36,052 bases of DNA from Klebsormidium nitens (Eukaryota; Plantae; Klebsormidiophyceae): the NCBI GenBank assembly GCA_000708835.1, contig DF237705.1, positions 1 through 36,052 of the forward strand, in the 5' to 3' direction. Below the pieces are notes generated by a model, which did not search any database, was not told the origin of the DNA, and worked only from the letters and a program-made list of their open reading frames with translations. Below, piece after piece: positions 20,058-32,250 of this stretch. The stretch's first letter is position 1; each line of letters starts with the position of its first letter. The position numbers and the translations under genes are program-made.

Positions 20058-23000
20058 CTATTTTCCCACTTTCAGTGCTCTGATATGCGACGAAAGCCCG
20101 TTCATCTCCGCGTTCGGCGACGCTGGCAGTCCCTTGTGGGGGTTGTCCGCCGCTGCTGGCGGCGTCCACTTGAGGAAGCGGCCCCTCTCCTGGGCATGCT
20201 TCGGCGGCGGCGGCAGGCTGCCCCCCTGCGGCCCCTCCACCTTCCGGACGTTGGCATGCGCCACGTGGCCCTGCCTGTCGTTGAAAAAGACGTCCCCGCG
20301 CCTCCCTGTGAAAGCTTCGGGCCCCGCCTCCCGTCCCGCCGTACCACGCGGGCCCCCACCCCGGGTTGCTCCCCCGCCTGTCCCCGGCCCGCTGTTGTCG
20401 TCCTCCGAGCTGCTGTCCCGGTCGTCCGACCGGCGGGCCAGGCTGTCCGGGGAAGCAGGCCGGGGAGTGGAGAAGTCCCGCGACGCTCGCTGCAGCGCCC
20501 CCTGCTCTTCCAGGGTCCGGCCCGCGCTGTGTGGCGGGACCACCCGTCCCTCTTGGTCGGTGCGCCCGTGCACAGGCTGGCCGTACTCGTTGCCCTCGAA
20601 ACTGCGGTACGGGCTCGGCGCTCGGGGCGACCTCTGCTGGCTGCTCTGCCCGTCCCATTGCCGCCCGCTCCCGGCCTCGCTGCGGGCCTGCCCGCCTCCC
20701 CACTCCCCGCTCGCCTGTCCCCACGCCTGCCTGTCCCCGCCGTACTGTGACCCCGTGCTGCGCGCGCGGTCATCCCCCGGCCTGCCGTCCCGCTCGCTCC
20801 GCAGCTGCTCCCGCAGGCGCGCCTCCTGCTCGCGCATATGGCTGGCCACCACCATGCCCGCCAGGTCGCTCACCTGCTGCGCCGCGACAACCAGCGCAGC
20901 CGCCGTCGCGCCCGGGAACTCGTCCAGCCCGCCGGGGGCCGACCGGTTCCCACCGAATGGGTATCCCGACTGCGGCTGTGCCCGCGTTGGCTCGAATCGT
21001 CCGTCCTGCTCGTCCGCCCACGGCCTGGGCGACACCCGGTCGGTGGAAGGGCTCACGGGGAAGCCCCCCCCCGCTTGTCCCGGGCCCGATGTGGCAGTGG
21101 CCCGCCCCGCAGGACCGGCTCCATTGCTCTGCACCCGCAGGGCGGGGAGGGGGAACTCGGGGGGCGGAGGTGGGCGGTACGGCCCCGCGTCGGTGGCACC
21201 CCCGGGATCTGCACCGGCAAACGGCTGGCGCGCGAACGGAGAGGGCGGCGAAGGGGGGCGCTGGCCCGGGGGCGTCCGAGGCGAACGGGCGGTGCGGAGG
21301 AAGTCGTGGGGAGGCGCTTCCTGCGGCGAGGAAAGAGAATGTGAGAGAGTTGAAGTGCGACGCGTTGCAGACAGGTTTGTGCGTAGGTGCACGCACCAGA
21401 GAGGGGGCACGCAGCAGTACAGGCTGCGACATCTGCACGAAGGTCGCAAAGCACGCAGGGATTGATAGAACACCCAATGATCTAGTCGCACTCAGAGCCT
21501 CAAAGGTGTTTGTACTTGCGCAGTGCCATGAACAGACCTCGGTTTTGCTTTTTGTGTTGTCAAAAGAAAGGGAGACAGTCGGCAGCTCAGTCACCTAGCA
21601 GTCTTTGTCCGCATTGCATCACAGGGGAGGCAGCACAAAGGGTAGCAAGAACAATGACTGCGCACAGCAACGACGCTACTCTTTGGGTGGAAACGAAGGG
21701 GGCAAGTAGCATTACCCTCACACATCCCTTCATGTTGGACTACAGGTCAGTATTATGTGGACGCGTTCTTGATAGGCCCCGTTCGGGGCTGGCGTCAACA
21801 TTTCCATCTTCCACATTCTTCGCAGGGTATGTAGCATTCTTCTGTTTCCAAGCCGCAGCACGAGTTTGCGGCAAAAGTCTAAGTGGGGCTCACGGGCACA
21901 ATTCTCTGTGCTTATACTGGTGGGCACCCTTGACAAGCGCGCTTTCCCGACGTACCTGCGTGGGGGGCTGAGGCACGCCCATTTCATTGCGCGTGGAGGG
22001 CGGCCTCCAGTCGACCTGGTACTCGGCTGCAATGGCGGCCAGCACGCGCAGCTTGGTATCGCTGGAGGGGGCATGGACCGTCAGCCCCGCAATGACCTGC
22101 ACCAAGGGGCAGCGCCGTGAGCAGCACCCCAACTCGCTGGGGCAAGCGGGAAGCGAGGTCTCCTTCACCCGAACACACTCCGTTAAAATATTTGCAAGCA
22201 TCACCGCCACTCGATTCAAGGACAAAGAAGGAAAAAGACCAGCAACGGGAAGCCCCTTGCATCCCAGCCTGAACGGGCACAACTTTGCAAGGTTCGGGGA
22301 GGCTTGCAAGCTGTGGGGTGTTAACCGCCGATGCCCCTGCCTGTGAGATGTCCGCCAGGATGCATGAACAGTGGGCCAGCGATACAAGGGGGACGTCACA
22401 AAGGAGCAGCATCCAAGACAAGATGCGCAGCGTGCTGGCGGCTCTGGGTGAAGCGAACTGATGAGCTTGATGGGATTGCTATGCTCACGAGGACTTGTTC
22501 GTTCCATCAGGGAAGACTTGAGGCCAGCAGATCATGCACACCCCATCCTGACGACCTGTGGATCGGTTTGGGCAAAGCCTATCCTCCAAAACAGAGCAGG
22601 CTGGCTGGGGGTCTGCCAGAGTGCACCTACCCGGGAGTCCACTCCGCAGTCGGGCCTCAGCTCCGCTACCGCCGCTGCAAATGCCTTGCCGAACTTGGCC
22701 GTGAACATGACCTTGAGCTGCAGCACAGCACGCGCAGGCATCAGGCACCGAAGTGGTAACTCGCAAAGCAGCACGCTGAGGCGACTGTGAGCTCTCAACC
22801 ACCACCATACTGTCCAGGAAGTGTATCTGTGAAAGGAGTTGTGGATCTTTCTGGTGTCCATGAGGCAGTAACACTGCTTTGCATCGTGCTGCAAAGAGTG
22901 GCATGTGGTGCCATGCCCCTGATAAGATCAGCGGCAGCCTGCCTTCTCTGTCGCATGATGTATCACCTATCGCCCTGTTCGGAGCAGCATAAAAACAAGC

Positions 23001-24474
23001 TTCGATGATCTCTACGGAATGAGCACCCTCTCAGCAACACCAGGCTAGCAAAGTGTCCCACTTACTAGCACTGGAAACACATGTGCAATATGTCAAGAGC
23101 ATTCACTCTGAGAGGCTTGCAGGAGTTCCAAGAGTGCTCCATTGTAGAAGTGCAAGTAGGGCAACTCCTGGCGGGTGACCGCTGGTTAGCGAACCCTAAT
23201 CTTGTGTTAACGGGATACTTGGGCCTTTACCTCTTGGAGCTCTGCAAGGTCGCCGCACCTTGGAGCAGCAAAGATGATTGTTGCAATCTCCTCTTTCAGG
23301 GAGGGGGGGCACTTTCTGCAATTAAAAGACACGATTCGGTTGCTAGTGACTGTGAGCTTCTCAGGGGTGAACACACCGATCCTGCAGGCAAAGTGTCATG
23401 CGTCTGGATGCAGCAGTCCACCTTCTCATTCTCTGATGGTCCAACGGGGATGTTGCTGAATTCGTAAAGTGATGTTCCCCACGTAATCTAATGTTGGAAC
23501 AAAAAGTTACATTGCTTATGAAAGAATGTGTTGAATATACACAGATCAGAAACTCTGCCTCGCAGATCCCACATCGTATGAATCAACCACACCGTGTGAA
23601 TCTAGACAGTCTTGAGAAAGTCTGTGCAGAACGCTCACTTGGCCTCCTCTATCATGGGCATCTGTGCACATAGTGTACTGCAGCAGACTCCAACAACATC
23701 GTAGGCAGCCAGAGCTGCTTCCTCACGAAGCTTCTGTCCAACCTGCTCAGAAGGAAGGACCTAACACTGATTGGTATATGACTCTGACCTTGCAAATTCG
23801 ACAAGCAATCCAGTACAACTCTTGTTGGAGAAAACAATGATTGGTTTTGCGAGAACAATTAGCCAAGTTTCAAAGGTCACATCTATTGCGATGTTCTTGC
23901 GGTCTGGAGCGCCTCGCATCGGGCAAAACAACCTGTCAAAAAGCGCCGTATCTAGCTGTCACAGCAAAATATCCGGCTATATGAGACTGACAAAAGCTCC
24001 ATGCCGCTCCAAAGTCCGACAATTTCAACCACCCCTGGCTCTCAGCCTTTCAAGCAGCCAGGCTGCCTCACCAGAAGCATTGCACGTGCCTCCTGTCCCT
24101 GCGTCAGCAACTCTGCAATCTCCCTCGTCATCTGCTTCATGCGCATCTCCCTCTGGTTGCGCAGCACCTGGATCCTTGCCGTGCACTGCTTCAGCTGTGC
24201 AGCGCTGCACAGAACACAGGCAGCAGCCACTCAGCAGCCTGGCCATGGAAGGGAACTGGCCCTCTCTCGTCAGCTGCATTGCCCCTGCATTGCTCCTCTA
24301 GCAGCCGGAGAGCCCAAGCAATCATCCTGCGTCATTGAGTAAGAGAAGCCCCCTAGCTTGAGAATATGTACGAAGGGCAACGTTGGTCTGCACCAGGTTA
24401 CTGCGCAGAAGGTAAAGCGCAACGACAGACGTGCATGCAGCTTACCATTTTGCACGCTTGAACTTCCCAAACAT
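20058..24474 (-). CDS. IST1: IST1-like ESCRT-III/Vps4 regulator, 7 exons, ~613 aa, with long Pro/Gly/Arg-rich disordered tail and terminal MIM1-like motif
   Basis: Exons 24474-24446, 24204-24072, 23742-23639, 23315-23231, 22717-22631, 22096-21956, 21320-20058 (1842 nt, phases consistent). Ist1-domain motifs are MFGKFKRAKC, ARIQVLRNQRE, LKEEIATIIFAAPRCGDLAELQE, FTAKFGKAFAAAVAELRPDCGV and APSSDTKLRVLAAIAAEYQVDW. It is a family-level call; the exact paralog is unknown. Confidence 0.88.
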
Positions 24475-25013
24475 TTTTACGCCCCTCGTCGCGCAAGATA
24501 TAATCCACTTGTCAAGGCTTACGGAAGGGAAGCCTCGGACCAGCTAGCTATGCATCGTTAGCGCTTGCGGCCTATCAGCGCCAAACGACACACTGAAAGT
24601 TGACGCCTCAATTTAGCTTCTTGCATGCATCACTGGAGCCGCTCTCCCAAAACATTGTCGTCTTGAGAAACTACGGTATCTTTAATATGAGTACCTAGAG
24701 CGTCCTCTAGCTCTGGCCCTTTCTCACAGGCGTTACATTCTGTACTGCCATCTAACGTCTGAGTATGAGCATGCGCATGAGCATATTGTTGACGAGGTAG
24801 ATGCCGCACCTCGGTCACACAACAAGTTGGAAGCAACGAAGAAGCCCCTGGGCAAAATGAGAAACAGCAGGGTCGGAGGAGGGACGGAAGATGCAAATGC
24901 TCGAGCCAGACGCTGAGCTGCAACATTTGCGGGATCCCCCCTTCGGAATCGTACCTCGGCATGCTGTATACAGTATACCTTTAGGTAGACTCTAGAGTTC
25001 GTCTAGCCTCATG

Positions 25014-25419
25014 ATAGGGTATTCGCACCTAACATTTTCCGATCTGTTCTTTTCTCGCGGGTTTCTTGCGAGTTCTCGTCGAATCTGTCCATTTCGGCCG
25101 CAAGAAAATTGACAGGGCAACTTTTTCTTGTGGCGGCTTTTCTTGCCGGTTCTTGTGCGACGCATAGCTTATGCCATCCACCCGCGTATGGTCGACTTCG
25201 GATACCATCGAAGCCGTCCGATTGCCTTTTGTTGCTTAGATCAAAGCCATTTCCAGCCGTCAGATCATAGCTGTTGGGCCGGGCAGAAAAGACTTGAGCA
25301 GAGTACAGCCCGGTGCGAATAACCGGTCTTTTCTTGACTGTTCTGGCTGTTTTCACAAGAAAAGCGGCAAGAAAAGATCCACAAGAAAAGTTGAAATCCT
25401 TTAGGTGCGAATACCCTAT
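25014..25419. mobile_element. MITE 1 (~400 bp non-autonomous TIR DNA transposon, probable TA target duplication)
   Basis: Perfect 22-bp inverted repeat ATGATAGGGTATTCGCACCTAA at 25011-25032 and 25401-25422. Read as element GGGTATT...AATACCC it is flanked by TA on both sides. The interior has many AAGAAAA/TTTTCTT subterminal repeats and no credible ORF. The superfamily is uncertain. Confidence 0.8.
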
Positions 25420-25702
25420 CATCAGACACAGGAGTCAGGCCCTATAGCCCGCGCGCGCAGCAACCCTGCGGGGATCCCCTAAAATTCTGGCACCAAACCT
25501 CTACAAGCGTCAAATGTCGCGTTGCCTGTGCCGTTGAATGGCGTGAGCATGACTTTGAACGGCTGCGATGGCCTCTTGAATATTTGGCCAACTTGTGCTG
25601 ACATCAGCAGATCTTCAACTTGAGCTAAAGGCTCCGCGGCTTCCACGTCGGTCACTGGAAGCCACAACCCCTTGCAATGGCATTGGTTCGGAGCACATGA
25701 AT

Positions 25703-26194
25703 GGCTGCCTCCACACTGGGGGATACTTGGGGATACTGGAGTACCCGGCTACTTCTCAAGTTTCTCCGAGGAACCGGGAGCTCTTCCGCAGAATGCGGGA
25801 GCTGAAGTAGCCGCTTCCACACCGGGGGCTACTTCGGACATCGGCTACTTCCGCCGGTCGCTGTCAGCGTGCCACGTTGACACAAAGATTCGCGCAATCA
25901 TTCAAGAAAGCAGACTGTCGGTGTTCGCACGCGTCCGGTTCAACAACTGGACCGTTATGCTGAAATCTGATTGGCCAACCGCCGAGTAGCCGGCCGAGTA
26001 GCCTACTTTTTGAAGGATACTTGCCGGGCTACTCGTTTACACGTGAGAAGGCGAAGTAGCTTCCGATCATCGCGGAACACAAAGTAGCCGGGCTGAGTAT
26101 CCCGCAGTCTGGACGGGCTACTTGCCCGGGATACTCCAGAGGGGGGTACTCGGAGTAGCCGACGACCCAAGTATCCGGCAGTGTGGAGGCAGCC
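25703..26194. mobile_element. MITE 2, PIF/Harbinger-like (~490 bp), 3-bp TSD AAT
   Basis: TIR GGCTGCCTCCACACTG(GG/CC)GGATACTTGG at 25703 and ending 26194. AAT is directly repeated at 25700-25702 and 26195-26197. The interior has numerous GGCTACT/AGTAGCC repeats. A GGC-initial TIR with a 3-bp TSD is typical of Harbinger elements. Confidence 0.85.
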
Positions 26195-26313
26195 AATCAT
26201 GTGCTCCGAATGTGTGTTTCAAGTTTGAAGCGACGAAGGGCTTTTCCCACAGCCAGGATCGGTTTTGTCAACTGTTCGGAGGTTTGGTCACGGTCTTCCA
26301 AGTTCCATGCTAA

Positions 26314-26751
26314 GAGTAGACTTACATCGGCACGGTTAAACGGTTAAATGGTTACTTTTTCCAACGGCACGGTTGAACAGAGATTGGCGCGAAAGCGCTC
26401 CGCCGGTCATCGGCTGCAGCCCCTTGGAAGAAGCAAATCTGCAAATCTTGGATGAGGCAGTACTGTACCATGTAGAATTTGGGTACTGATAGTGTACCGA
26501 GCAGACTTCCGCACCGTCCGATCAATTCGTTCCCCCCACGCGGCGGGCCCAGATGGAGTAACGGTGTGCTGTTGGCCCCAACCCGCCTAGGCGGGTTGGG
26601 GCCAACCGTACAGTTGGAAGATTATCGTGGGGGGTTGCGAAGAATCCACCCAGGTGATGCGTGAAGTAACCGTGCGTAAAAGTAACCGTGCCAATGTGCG
26701 GTCCGGTTGCGATTAACTTCTAACAGTAACCGTGCCGATGTAAGTCTACCC
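26314..26751. mobile_element. MITE 3, PIF/Harbinger (Tourist-like, ~440 bp), TSD TAA
   Basis: TIR G(A/G)GTAGACTTACATCGGCACGGTT at 26314 and ending 26751, with TAA at 26311-26313 and 26752-26754. CACGGTT/AACCGTG subterminal repeats occur near both ends. Confidence 0.9.
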
Positions 26752-27098
26752 TAAGCGGTTGTTCCGCCAAGTCTTTTTCACACCGTGCCACAAGATCAAA
26801 ACCAGGCGCTCAGACGGACTTCATACATCTGTTCAAGGTGATTCCGTGCTGAATTTCTGCTTGGAGGTGGTAGTTTTCCTGGTTTGTGACAGAGCTGTCG
26901 TACGCGGGCTGCTTACGGAAGGAAGTTTCGATCAGCAAGTTTATCGCAGACTCCTGCTTCTTATAGTGGTCATTGCATTAAGATAGTCTCTTTTTTAGTG
27001 TCTGGCCGGGCAAAGACTAACCAAGTAAGTAGTTCTGTTGCAAGCTAGGAGTTGTTGTTGTGCGGATCTGCTAGCCTGGTGCGCCCGTTCCTGCCAGC

Positions 27099-30000
27099 AT
27101 GCCTGCCTCCGCCCTGCGTGTGCTTTCCCCGTCAGCGGTGCAGGGGGCAGGCCTCCACTCTCTCTCTGCGGAGGCTGCCCGGTCGCCGTCTGTTGCGGCA
27201 CAGGTGCCTTGGCCCCTCCTCAGTGGGCCGGCAGACTGTGCGTGTGGCCGCCGAGATGCTAGCAGCGGGGGGACCATAGCGGCTGGGGAGAGGGGCAGGG
27301 CAACGGCGCGGGGCCGCGGAAGGCGGGCGGCCAGGGTGGCAGCGGTGCTGGCGGACCCGCCGCAGACGAGCCCTGCGCCCAAGCCCCTGCCGGCGGTGCC
27401 TCTGAGCAATGCGGATCGGCGGGGCGGGGGCAACACGGCGGAGCTGGGGCTGACAGACTCGTACCAGGGGGGGCTGGCCAGCACGTGGGAGCACCGCGCG
27501 TGGGTGGCGGCAGGGAGCACAGCGCTGCTAGCGGCACTGGCCAAGGGCCTCTCAGCCGGTGAGGCGGCAGGCTCCTGCAGGGAGCATGCGGGCAGGGAGC
27601 AAGAATGCATGCAGAGGGAGGCCTGTAGATGCCTTAGTGACTTTGAGGAACGTCCTGTAGGTTAGGTCACTTTTGAGTTGCTCGAGTGTTGTTGGAAGCT
27701 TTCTGGTGTCGTTGAAAGCGGCTGGCCCACAGCTGTGGCGGCTTCTGGGTTGATCGCAGGTCTGGCATTCAGTGGTGGGCGAGCTGCGGGCCACCTGGAT
27801 ACGCACTCTTCTTATACCCTGTTGTTCTTTTTGGCGACCTAGTATTCTTGCGCGCACAGAGTTTTAAATGAGGGTTGGGTCTTGAGGAACATTCGGAATT
27901 TCTGGGTCCTAAGCTTTGTGCGGCACTTGAGAATATCTGCACCGTGGCATTGTTGATGTGCGATGGCTCATTAGTCGATTCTTACAGCTGGGATGGGGGC
28001 TCAGAGCAGCCCCAATGTCCATGCGATATTTGCCTGCACTCCTCAACAGCCCCTCAAGTCTGACCGGCAGAGTGCTCAAGTTGGTTGTGAACATTGTGCC
28101 TTCTGCTTGGAAACACTACCACTGAAGTGAGAAATGTGGATGATGATCTGCACTTTTTTAAGTTGGTTAGACTTGAGCATGTTCTTATTTGCCGACAGGC
28201 TGAGGCGAGACGCTTAGGTGCCTTGAAAACTCAGAAATGTCCAGTGCATGGAGTTTGGCGCCTGCTTCAGAACCCCAGCTGTTGTATCTCACGGGCAGGC
28301 ATGCAAAGCTTGCTATGTTGGTCAGTAGGTCAAGCTTCCACTTTGGCCCACAGTGTCGATGGGGATGGGGATGCCACTCCGTTCGCCCTTGTTGTGATTG
28401 TGATCTGGGCAATCAAAGGACGCCGCTCGTTGTCAATATTTCTCCCATTGACGCCTGAGGAAGTCTCATGTAAGGAGCTGGCTTTTACTCAGAATGCCAA
28501 AGGTGGGCCTACCGATATACAAAGGCACTTTATTCCGAAGATTGACCGGGGCTACTTTGTTGCTTGGCTTCTCTTTGTCCGCCCGCTGGTTAAGCCTCTG
28601 CCCCAACTGCTTCGTCTCCCTGAACCGATGGGATTCAAGAAGAGCCCCTTCTGACTGGCTGCTTGTTTGCCGCTGCAGTTCATGGGGCGGATGACGCGGC
28701 GTTGGCGGCGGCGGCCCTGGTGGCGGGGTACCTGCTGGCGGACCTGGGCACGGGGGTGTACCACTGGGGGGTGGACAACTACGGGGATGCCACCACGCCC
28801 ATCTTTGGCTCGCAGGTGAGGGCCACACAGCATGCGCAGGACCCGCCGCTCTGTGCGCCGTGCGGTGCCGGCGAGGTGTTCAGTCTGGTCTGCCGCAGGC
28901 CTGGCCAAAGAGGGCACCCTTTGCCTGGCATAATTAGGGCAGCTGCACCCCTTCTGAGCCAAGAGACGCTGATTTGAGTCACGTTTGATCACTTTTTGCC
29001 AGTAGCAGCGAGCATTAGGGGGCCACAAAAGTCATCAGGGCATGAAGATCTTGTTTCAACAGTTCTATCGTTCGTAAGTTGTTTGAAAGCACCCTAAAGC
29101 TACAGGCCCGCTACTGCTTCGAAGGTGGCCGTGAGGGGACCCCCTCCTGCTCCGGCAGTACTGTCCGGTGACAGCTATCTCCCCAACCTTTTCTCCCTGA
29201 CTAGCTGTGTACCAAGGTACCGGGTCAACAGGGGAGGATGTGTCACCGCCAACTTGTTTCCTGCCGGTATGCTTGCTGCGAGAAGACCGTCCGGCTGGGG
29301 TGCGAGGCCTGTGTGGGCCAGCTACTGGCGGCGTCCAGGCATGCTCTGCCTCACTGCGGTGCTTGCCTCCTCCGCAGATCGATGCATTCCAAGGCCACCA
29401 TCGGCGGCCCTGGACCATCACCCAGCGCCAGTTTGCCAACAACCTGTACGCACTGTGCCGCCCCGCAGCGTTCTTTGTTGCCCCCTTTCTGCTCCTCCCC
29501 AGCAGTGCCCCCGGCCACTGCTTCCTCGCTGTCTTCATGACCGGGGTTGTCTTCAGGTCAGCGTCGGCGCCCTGCCCGCCACCCTTGCCACGCGCTGACG
29601 CAGATCATGATCCCGTCTCTTGTGGTGTCCCTCCGCTCTGTCTGCCTTCGTCCTTCATTTGTATCGAGCTCTGCCACATAGCGCAACGTCCGCACCACAT
29701 TTCCTGTCCAGTGCTCTCGCTTGGGGCTGCAGCAGATGTGATTTGCTCTTGCTTGGGTGTTTCCGCTTACCGATGGACTGAGGTAGATGCGCTTTGTGCG
29801 GCGTGCAGCCAGCAGTTCCATGCGTGGGCGCACATGAAGAAGGGCCAGCTGCCGGGAGTGGTGCTGGCGCTGCAGGATGCAGGTGTGTTGGTGTCAAGAA
29901 AAGCACATGGGGCGCACCATCGGCCACCTTTCGAGGGCAACTACAGCATTGTTAGTGGCATCTGGAATAAGGCCCTAGACGGATCGGGTGTGTTCAAGAA

Positions 30001-30115
30001 GGCGGAGCGTTTTATCTTCGACAAGACGGGGGTAGCGCCTCGCAATTGGACGGAAATTGGGGAGGAGTTCGAGGATCTGAAATACTATGAGTTTTCTAGC
30101 TCCGACTCCGAGTAG
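27099..30115 (+). CDS. FAD4: FAD4-type chloroplast fatty-acid desaturase (phosphatidylglycerol 16:1 delta-3-trans desaturase; TMEM189/PEDS1-related family), 4 exons, ~360 aa
   Basis: Exons 27099-27558, 28679-28815, 29378-29556, 29809-30115 (1083 nt, phases consistent). The product has a transit-peptide-like start, then STWEHRAWVAAG, GYLLADLGTGVYHWGVDNYGD, IDAFQGHHRRPWTITQRQFANNL, FSQQFHAWAH, HGAHHRPPFEGNYSIVSGIWN and GVAPRNW, matching the Arabidopsis FAD4 motifs as I recall them. Confidence 0.92.
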
Positions 30116-31029
30116 CTCTCTCAGGATGTTGGAAAGCGTTATTATTGTTCCAATTGAGCAGCACCATTGCTCGCACAGCGGTAAGTCAAGCTTACTGCTT
30201 GGCCAGGTGATTGAAGGATTTAAAGAGATCATTGTTGCCTCTATTTAGAAGGTGATTCTTTGAGTATACAGTCACACTTACCAAGTCATGAGCATTACGA
30301 CGAGGCCTCGTTACTTTTCGTCAATTGACATGCACATCCGTACAAGAATTCTACTCGCAAGCTTGCTTGCGCTTGTTGCTCTTTTGCCTATTCAACATGG
30401 TCACTTGTTGTTATAAACCTTGAGCCCCGTAATTAAGCCTTGGGCAACGCAATGGTGAGATTGGGGCTACAATGAGTACGTCGACTCGAAGTGTTTGGTA
30501 AAATAACTTCGATCGAATCCATGGGTTCTAGATCATAAATGAACAATCGTATGGATAGTGGCAAGTGTCTGCTTTTTGGGTGGTAGGCGCAAGCCCGGGC
30601 CCACCTCCAGGTCACGCCGAAAATAATGTAAGCGGATACAAGCTTTGTCCGCAATGTTGATGCAGCTTCGGTCGTCCAGATCAAGAGGTGATCAAGTCAG
30701 CAGGTCAATGAGGAGCGCAACTTACCTCGTACAAAACTGAGGCTCCAACATTTTAGCCTGCTACCATACCTCTCAAGGGTTGGGAGTATGCACAAATGGA
30801 CAACACTGCATAAATGAACAGCGTGGCGCGACGTCACACTTCTCTTCATGCAAGAAGCCACATAATCGGCAGGAGGAGAGTAAAATCTTATAGAAGGCAA
30901 GGGATTGGGCGATACTATGTAATTCGATCCCTGTTGGAAAGCATTCGCGCACTTATGTCACAAATTGGATAGTGAAAGGCAGGTTCCGGTAAATGTTTTG
31001 ATTACAAGCGTGAGCTAGCATGAATGTTA

Positions 31030-31450
31030 AGGGCATTATGCGATGCAGGCTTTGTAGTGAACTTCAACACTGATGAGGGGTGTCTGCGACGGGGTACCAT
31101 GTTCCTAGTACGTTTGGAGGGGCGGTTGATTGGTCGAGCCGTCTAGCCCGCAATAGGCGATGTCACCTGTATCGACCATAAAGGCAAAGTACTTGATTGC
31201 GGCACAAGTTGTGAAGAAGGCACTGTGGTTCCGCATACTCGGAGGATATCTCCCCTTGGACTTTGGAAGACAGTCGAGATCTATTGTGAGAATCACTAAG
31301 GGCAATACGCTCCTCAATTATCCAATGATTGCTTCATATTGGTCGAAGCACTATGAATTATATCACTGATCTGCACGAAATTCTAGAGGGTGGCGCAAAA
31401 GGAGAATGCAAGGCAAAGGTGGATGTATTGACTGGAAGGCATTGAATTTT
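31030..31450 (+). mobile_element. Ty1/copia relic: RNase H domain, frameshifted and stop-interrupted
   Basis: Decayed motifs LCDAGF (for YCDADF), GGAVDWSSRL, STIKAKYLIAAQVVKKALWFR (for STTEAEYIAA...KEALWLR), WSKHY, RVAQKE and DVLT. Confidence 0.8.
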
Positions 31451-31599
31451 AAAAGATCTTCTAACTGCATAAGAGAAACAAATATTGTGTTCGTTGCTAG
31501 TATTGGGTGGGCGAGTGACAAACTTTACATGTTGACAGGCTTACAACTGGCCCAAATGGTTTATGCAATATAACATATTCAATCAATGCATAAGGTAGG

Positions 31600-32250
31600 G
31601 CCCTTAAGGGAGTCGAAATTGGATCTTATGCAGTGGACCCTCATGTTTGGCAGTTGTGCAAACGAAAAGTATGATAAATTCGGCCCCTTGAGACCATGCC
31701 AGTGCCATTTGGGATCTCCTGGGCCTGAGAAGCTCAAGAAGGAGAAGAAGCGCTACAATTGCAATAGCATGTTGATCACTTCAAGAGGGAGCCTCGAGGA
31801 AAAGGACAAACCGAGGGCCCAGGCTGAGGCCCGGTTGCCTTTCAAGCAGACAAGGAAGCTTGGGCGAATATTGGCAGGTGGAGTGTCTGAGTCGAGATAG
31901 CCAACTTGCGTATCACGAGCTCGTTCCGAGTCAACCTTGAAGATGGAGCGGGGGAGTTGGGCAATCTGATTTGGGAACAAGGGGTTCCTGGAGGTGGCCG
32001 GTATTGGCACCGGATGGACACCAACATTGCCAAGGGGAGATCGCACAAAAGGATAAGCGGTTCACCCGACCTTCACCTGACCTTCTCCGCAAGGTGGCCG
32101 GTAACAATTCCGTTCTTTAGAAATGAAAAAGCCACCTTGGTCGGGCCCCGGTACTACCTAGTAGGGCCGAGGTTATGCACACGGAGAGGTGTGCAAAGTG
32201 CACATAACGTACAGCTCATGGTTTGGTGTGACGCTTATCCGCAATGTGGA
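31600..32250 (+). mobile_element. Ty1/copia relic: gag C-terminus (zinc-knuckle remnant) and protease region
   Basis: KRYNCN...DHFKR knuckle remnant near 31750-31790 and FGNKGFLEVAGIGT near 31970-32010, which resembles the copia post-protease FGNG...EGIG motif. Several stops interrupt it. Confidence 0.55.

Noticed and set aside
6786-21594. Long GC-rich ORFs such as 6786-7472 (+), 11955-12908 (-), 20023-21465 (+) and 20366-21598 (+)
   Set aside because: They are antisense or off-frame shadows of real GC3-rich exons (CMS1, kinase, IST1) and have no recognisable domains.
28094-28654. 186-aa ORF inside the 1.1-kb first intron of FAD4
   Set aside because: It has no domain similarity or coding bias, so I treated it as intronic.
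8601-30115. Functional clustering of two thylakoid/LHCII-related genes (STN-type kinase and FAD4)
   Set aside because: They are 13 kb apart with an unrelated gene between them, and the other neighbours are housekeeping genes. There is no evidence beyond coincidence.
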